DNA of 61,734 bases, filler included, from a bacterium (lineage in GTDB: Bacteria > JALSQH01), in the NCBI GenBank assembly GCA_026985515.1. It is 9 parts of 9 records of this genome, joined end to end, with 100 filler letters (N's around TTAATTAATTAA, not from the genome) between each part and the next. Parts side by side here need not be neighbours in the genome. Positions count along the whole stretch, not along the records: positions 55,056 to 61,734 come from JALSQH010000248.1; 8 more parts are not named here. One strand, 5' to 3'. A program made the translations under genes and the position numbers. Positions 57,860 through 61,734 of the stretch are shown one piece after another; position 1 is the stretch's first letter; each line of letters starts with the position of its first letter. The notes beneath the pieces are model-generated. The model ran no database searches and was not told the origin of the DNA. It saw only the letters and a list, made by a program, of their open reading frames with translations.

Positions 57860-58363
57860 ATGGGTGAGGAAATGGCTGAAAATATTTTTGTTAAAAAGTT
57901 AAAAGAAAAATTTCCATCTATTGAGTTTGAGAACGAGAGGCAGCATGATTTTGATATCATTAAGGTTCCAAGGGACAGGCTTTTTTCAGTAATAAAATTT
58001 TTCAAGGAAGATCCTGACCTGGATTGTGATATGCTTGTTGATCTTACGTGTGTTGACTATCTTGGAGAGGAACCGAGGTTTGAACTTGTTTATCATCTCC
58101 GTTCCATGAAGAAGTTACATATGATAAGGGTAAAGTCCAGAGTACCTGAAGATGATCCCGTGATTGATTCTCTTACTCCTCTTTACAAAATTGCCAACTG
58201 GTTTGAAAGGGAAGTCTGGGATATGTATGGTGTGAAATTCAGAGGGCATCCTGACCTGAGAAGAATCCTTCTTTATGAGGAATTTGAAGGTCATCCTTTG
58301 AGGAAAGATTATCCAAGGACAAAGGAGCAACCACTTGTTCCATACAGAAAGCAGGAGAGTTAG
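57860..58363 (+). CDS. nuoC: NADH-quinone oxidoreductase subunit C
   Basis: ANWFEREVWDMYGVKF.GHPDLRRIL, GHPLRKDYP; start may be 57872. Confidence 0.95.
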   Translation: MGEEMAENIFVKKLKEKFPSIEFENERQHDFDIIKVPRDRLFSVIKFFKEDPDLDCDMLVDLTCVDYLGEEPRFELVYHLRSMKKLHMIRVKSRVPEDDPVIDSLTPLYKIANWFEREVWDMYGVKFRGHPDLRRILLYEEFEGHPLRKDYPRTKEQPLVPYRKQES

Positions 58364-58364
58364 T

Positions 58365-59561
58365 ATGGCACTTGACATAGAAAAAATCGCTGATGATCAG
58401 ATGATCTTGAATATAGGTCCATCCCATCCAGCTATGCATGGAACTATCAGAATAGTGGTGAAACTTGAAGGTGAGACAGTGGTTGATTCAGATGTTGAAG
58501 TTGGTTTTCTCCATCGTGGATTTGAAAAAATGGCGGAGAGCTTCAGGTATCAGCAGGTGATTCCCCTTACAGATAGATTGAACTATGTTTCACCTCTTAT
58601 CAACAATGTTGGCTATGTAATGGCTGTGGAAAAACTCCTCGGCATAGAGGATCTGATACCCGAAAGAACTCAGTATATCCGTGTCATAATGAGTGAATTA
58701 TCCAGAATTACCGATCACCTCACCTGTCTCGGTGCAATGGTGATGGAACTGGGAGCGCAGACTGCCTTTTTCTATTTCATGACAGCCAGGGAGTATATCT
58801 ATCAGGTGATTGAACATGTAACTGGAGCAAGAGTCACAACATCATATACGAGAATTGGTGGATTGAGAAATGATCTTCCTGATGGTTTTGAAGAACTTCT
58901 TGAGGCAGCCCTCAGGAAAACTGAAGAGGTCCTTTCTGAAATCCATGGTCTCTTTGACAGGAACAGAATTTTCATAGACAGGACAAGGGGAGTGGGTGTT
59001 ATTTCTCAGGAAGATGCCATTTCCTATGGTTTCACCGGGCCTTTGCTCAGAGCGACTGGAATACCCTATGATGTGAGAAAGGCTTATCCATATCTTGTTT
59101 ATGACAGACTTGATTTTGAGATTCCTGTCGGCGAGTATGGAGATACTTACGATCGTTACATGGTGAGAATGCTTGAGATGGAGCAGAGCATAAGGATTAT
59201 AAGGCAGGCAATGAAGCAGCTTCCAGAGGGACCAATCTATGTTGACAGAAGGGATATAGTGCTTCCCCCCAAAGAGGAGGTTTACAACACCATTGAAGGC
59301 ACCATAAATCACTTCAAGTTAATTTTTGAAGGTATCAAGCCACCAAAGGGTGAGGTTTATGTCGCTGTAGAGGGGGGCAATGGTGAGCTTGGTTTTTATA
59401 TTGTAAGTGATGGGAGTGAAAGACCATATAAAGTAAGGGTAAGACCTCCCAGTTTTATTCATATGGCTGCTCTCAGTGACCTGATTAAGGGTCACATGAT
59501 TGCAGATATAATACCAATTTTTGGGTCCATAAACATGATTGGTGGAGAATGTGATAGGTAG
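58365..59561 (+). CDS. nuoD: NADH-quinone oxidoreductase subunit D
   Basis: NIGPSHPAMHG, GFLHRGFEK, DRLNY, GELGFY, GECDR. Confidence 0.96.
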   Translation: MALDIEKIADDQMILNIGPSHPAMHGTIRIVVKLEGETVVDSDVEVGFLHRGFEKMAESFRYQQVIPLTDRLNYVSPLINNVGYVMAVEKLLGIEDLIPERTQYIRVIMSELSRITDHLTCLGAMVMELGAQTAFFYFMTAREYIYQVIEHVTGARVTTSYTRIGGLRNDLPDGFEELLEAALRKTEEVLSEIHGLFDRNRIFIDRTRGVGVISQEDAISYGFTGPLLRATGIPYDVRKAYPYLVYDRLDFEIPVGEYGDTYDRYMVRMLEMEQSIRIIRQAMKQLPEGPIYVDRRDIVLPPKEEVYNTIEGTINHFKLIFEGIKPPKGEVYVAVEGGNGELGFYIVSDGSERPYKVRVRPPSFIHMAALSDLIKGHMIADIIPIFGSINMIGGECDR

Positions 59562-59568
59562 GATAAAG

Positions 59569-60057
59569 ATGGCACAGATAGCTTTTTCTGAGAAAAAATT
59601 GAAAGAAGTTGAAAGAATAAAGAAGAAATACCCGGTTGAAAGATCAGCCGTTATGTCTGTGCTTTATCTTGCACAGGATGAATTCGGGTATATTAACGAT
59701 GAAGTGATTGAGTATGTGGCAGAATTGCTTAACATGGCTCCCACCAGGGTAAAAGAGGTAGCCACTTTTTATACCATGTACAATAAAAAGCCTGTGGGTA
59801 AGTACCACATCCAGGTCTGCCATAATCTGACCTGTACGCTGATGGGAGCAGAAACAATAGTTGAATACATTGAAAAAAAACTTGGTATAACCGTAGGGGA
59901 GACCACAAAGGATGGTCTCTTTACACTGAGCGAGGTTGAATGCCTCGGAGCATGTGGTACAGCACCTGTGATGCAGGTGAATGATACTTATTATGAGCAG
60001 CTTACCCCGGAAAAGATCGATCAGATACTTGAAGAACTAAAGAAGAAGAGTAGTTAA
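59569..60057 (+). CDS. nuoE: NADH-quinone oxidoreductase subunit E
   Basis: VATFYTMY, VCHNLTC, ECLGACGTAP. Confidence 0.95.
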   Translation: MAQIAFSEKKLKEVERIKKKYPVERSAVMSVLYLAQDEFGYINDEVIEYVAELLNMAPTRVKEVATFYTMYNKKPVGKYHIQVCHNLTCTLMGAETIVEYIEKKLGITVGETTKDGLFTLSEVECLGACGTAPVMQVNDTYYEQLTPEKIDQILEELKKKSS

Positions 60058-60058
60058 C

Positions 60059-61321
60059 ATGGGTGAAGTAAGGATTTTGCTGGATTTTGAAGGACAGAAA
60101 GGTACGCATACCCTTGAAAATTATCTGAAAAGGGAAGGGTATAAGGCGGCTGAAAAGGCACTCAAAGAGATGAAGCCTGAAGATGTCATTGAAGAGGTAA
60201 AAAAATCAGGTTTAAGAGGGAGAGGTGGTGCAGGTTTCCCAACAGGTATGAAGTGGAGTTTTGTTCCAAGAGATGTGGATAAACCAAAATATGTTGTGTG
60301 CAACGCTGATGAAGGAGAGCCAGGAACCTTTAAAGACAGGGTTATCCTTGCAAATGATCCACATAAGCTGATAGAAGGGATGATAATAGCAGGGTACGCA
60401 ATTGGTGCCAATCAGGGTTACATCTATATCAGGGGTGAGTATGCAAGAGAGGCAAGGATACTGGAAGAAGCAATAGATGAGGCGTATGAGAAGGGGTATC
60501 TTGGAGAAAACATATTTGGATCAGGTTTTACATTCAATCTCGCTGTCCATAGAGGTGCAGGTGCATATGTGTGTGGTGAAGAAACAGCTCTTCTGAATTC
60601 CATTGAGGGTAAAAAGGGTCAGCCCAGATTGAGACCCCCTTTTCCCGCCACAGTGGGACTTTATCAGAATCCCACAATAATTAACAATGTTGAGACACTC
60701 TCTGCAGTTCCATGGATCATACGAAACGGCGGAGAAGAGTACGCCAAAATTGGAACTGAGAAGAGCAAGGGAACCAAGTTATTCAGTATAAGTGGTCATG
60801 TTAACAAACCCGGCGTTTATGAAGCACCTCTTGGTATGCCACTTATGGAATTTATTGAAAAGTATGCAGGGGGTGTAATAGGAAAATTGAAGGCTGTTGT
60901 ACCTGGCGGTTCTTCCACACCCATTTTGACGGCGGAAGAAGCTGAAAAGGTCAACCTTGATTATGAATCGATGCAGGCTGCTGGAACCATGCTGGGATCG
61001 GGAGCCATAATAGTCATGAATGACACAGTATGTATTCCCAAAGCTCTATCAGTGTTAACGAGATTCTACCACCACGAATCATGTGGACAGTGTACCCCCT
61101 GCAGGGAAGGAACTGGATGGCTCGATAAGATAATGCAGAGAATAATGGAAGGAAAGGGGAGAAAAGAGGATCTTGATCTCCTGGTAAGTGTTGCTTCCAA
61201 TATGATGGGAAGGACAATCTGTCCTCTTGCTGATGCTGCTGCAATGCCGGTTATAAGTTATGTAAAGAAGTTCAGAGAGGAATTTGAGAAATTTATAGAA
61301 CTTGGTAAATGTCCATTTTAA
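60059..61321 (+). CDS. nuoF: NADH-quinone oxidoreductase subunit F
   Basis: GLRGRGGAGFPTGMKW, NADEGEPGT, GAGAYVCGEETAL, ESCGQCTPCREG. Confidence 0.97.
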   Translation: MGEVRILLDFEGQKGTHTLENYLKREGYKAAEKALKEMKPEDVIEEVKKSGLRGRGGAGFPTGMKWSFVPRDVDKPKYVVCNADEGEPGTFKDRVILANDPHKLIEGMIIAGYAIGANQGYIYIRGEYAREARILEEAIDEAYEKGYLGENIFGSGFTFNLAVHRGAGAYVCGEETALLNSIEGKKGQPRLRPPFPATVGLYQNPTIINNVETLSAVPWIIRNGGEEYAKIGTEKSKGTKLFSISGHVNKPGVYEAPLGMPLMEFIEKYAGGVIGKLKAVVPGGSSTPILTAEEAEKVNLDYESMQAAGTMLGSGAIIVMNDTVCIPKALSVLTRFYHHESCGQCTPCREGTGWLDKIMQRIMEGKGRKEDLDLLVSVASNMMGRTICPLADAAAMPVISYVKKFREEFEKFIELGKCPF

Positions 61322-61340
61322 ATTTTAACGGGTGAGACCA

Positions 61341-61734
61341 ATGGCTGAAGAAAAGGTAAAGTTAACGATTGATGGAATAGAGGTTGAGGCTCCAAAGGAT
61401 TACAATTTAATCCAGGCGGCTGAGCTGATCGGCATAGAAATTCCGCACTTCTGTTACCATCCTGCTCTTTCAATCAGTGGTAACTGCAGGATGTGTCTGG
61501 TGGAAGTGGAAATAAATGGAAGGAAACTTCCCAAACCGCAGCCTGCATGCGCCACGAAGGTTGCTGAGGGGATGGTGGTTTACACCAATACCGAGAATAT
61601 TCAGAATGCCAGGAAGGCTGTGCTTGAGTTTACTCTTATAAATCACCCTGTTGATTGTCCCATCTGTGATCAGGCGGGTGAGTGCAAATTGCAGGATTAC
61701 TATTTTGCCTACAGTCTGCAACCCAGCAGATTTA
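61341..61734 (+). CDS. nuoG: NADH-quinone oxidoreductase subunit G, N-terminal part (not in ORF track)
   Basis: Manual translation MAEEKVKLTIDG...IPHFCYHP..SISGNCRMCLVE...NHPVDCPICDQAGECKLQD. Confidence 0.95.
   Translation, partial: MAEEKVKLTIDGIEVEAPKDYNLIQAAELIGIEIPHFCYHPALSISGNCRMCLVEVEINGRKLPKPQPACATKVAEGMVVYTNTENIQNARKAVLEFTLINHPVDCPICDQAGECKLQDYYFAYSLQPSRF

Overview
This window is not one continuous locus. It is nine draft-assembly contigs of about 6.7-6.9 kb, ordered by decreasing length and joined by eight artificial 100-nt linkers (N-run + TTAATTAATTAA + N-run), so gene adjacency across a linker means nothing. The organism looks like a diderm, probably thermophilic (Lys/Glu-rich proteins), deltaproteobacterial/Myxococcota-like bacterium; this placement is inferred from a TIGR02266-like PilZ protein, a eukaryote/Geobacter-type citrate synthase, ahbB and BamD. 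Most content is housekeeping or metabolic: a sigma54 activator, thiE, a 2-hydroxyacyl-CoA dehydratase/benzoyl-CoA reductase-type triad, ychF, an Hsp70/J pair, a FadL-like porin, cobB, rdgB, hemL, gltA, two LTA-synthase-like genes, a glpA-glpB-FeS-alkyl-DHAP-synthase-like operon, a glycogen operon split over two contigs, secA, MMPL/TetR, rfbA, ispD, cysC-sat, rnr, dgt, rho, nuoA-G, tRNA-Ala(CGC) and tRNA-Arg(CCT). The strongest unexplained signals are non-coding: (1) an identical 25-bp site with a perfect 16-bp palindrome upstream of both gltA and nuoA; (2) a roughly 150-bp double-hairpin element present twice, each time at the 3' end of an odd minus-strand ORF; (3) a 229-bp-period tandem repeat whose unit folds into a deeply nested structure, which together with (2) brackets two foreign-looking orphan genes. 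Also notable are a nitrilase-fold lipoprotein with Ser at the catalytic Cys position, a GlpA lacking its [2Fe-2S] cysteines, and a probable CTG-initiated mlaE. No CRISPR array, rRNA, transposase or integrase was seen.
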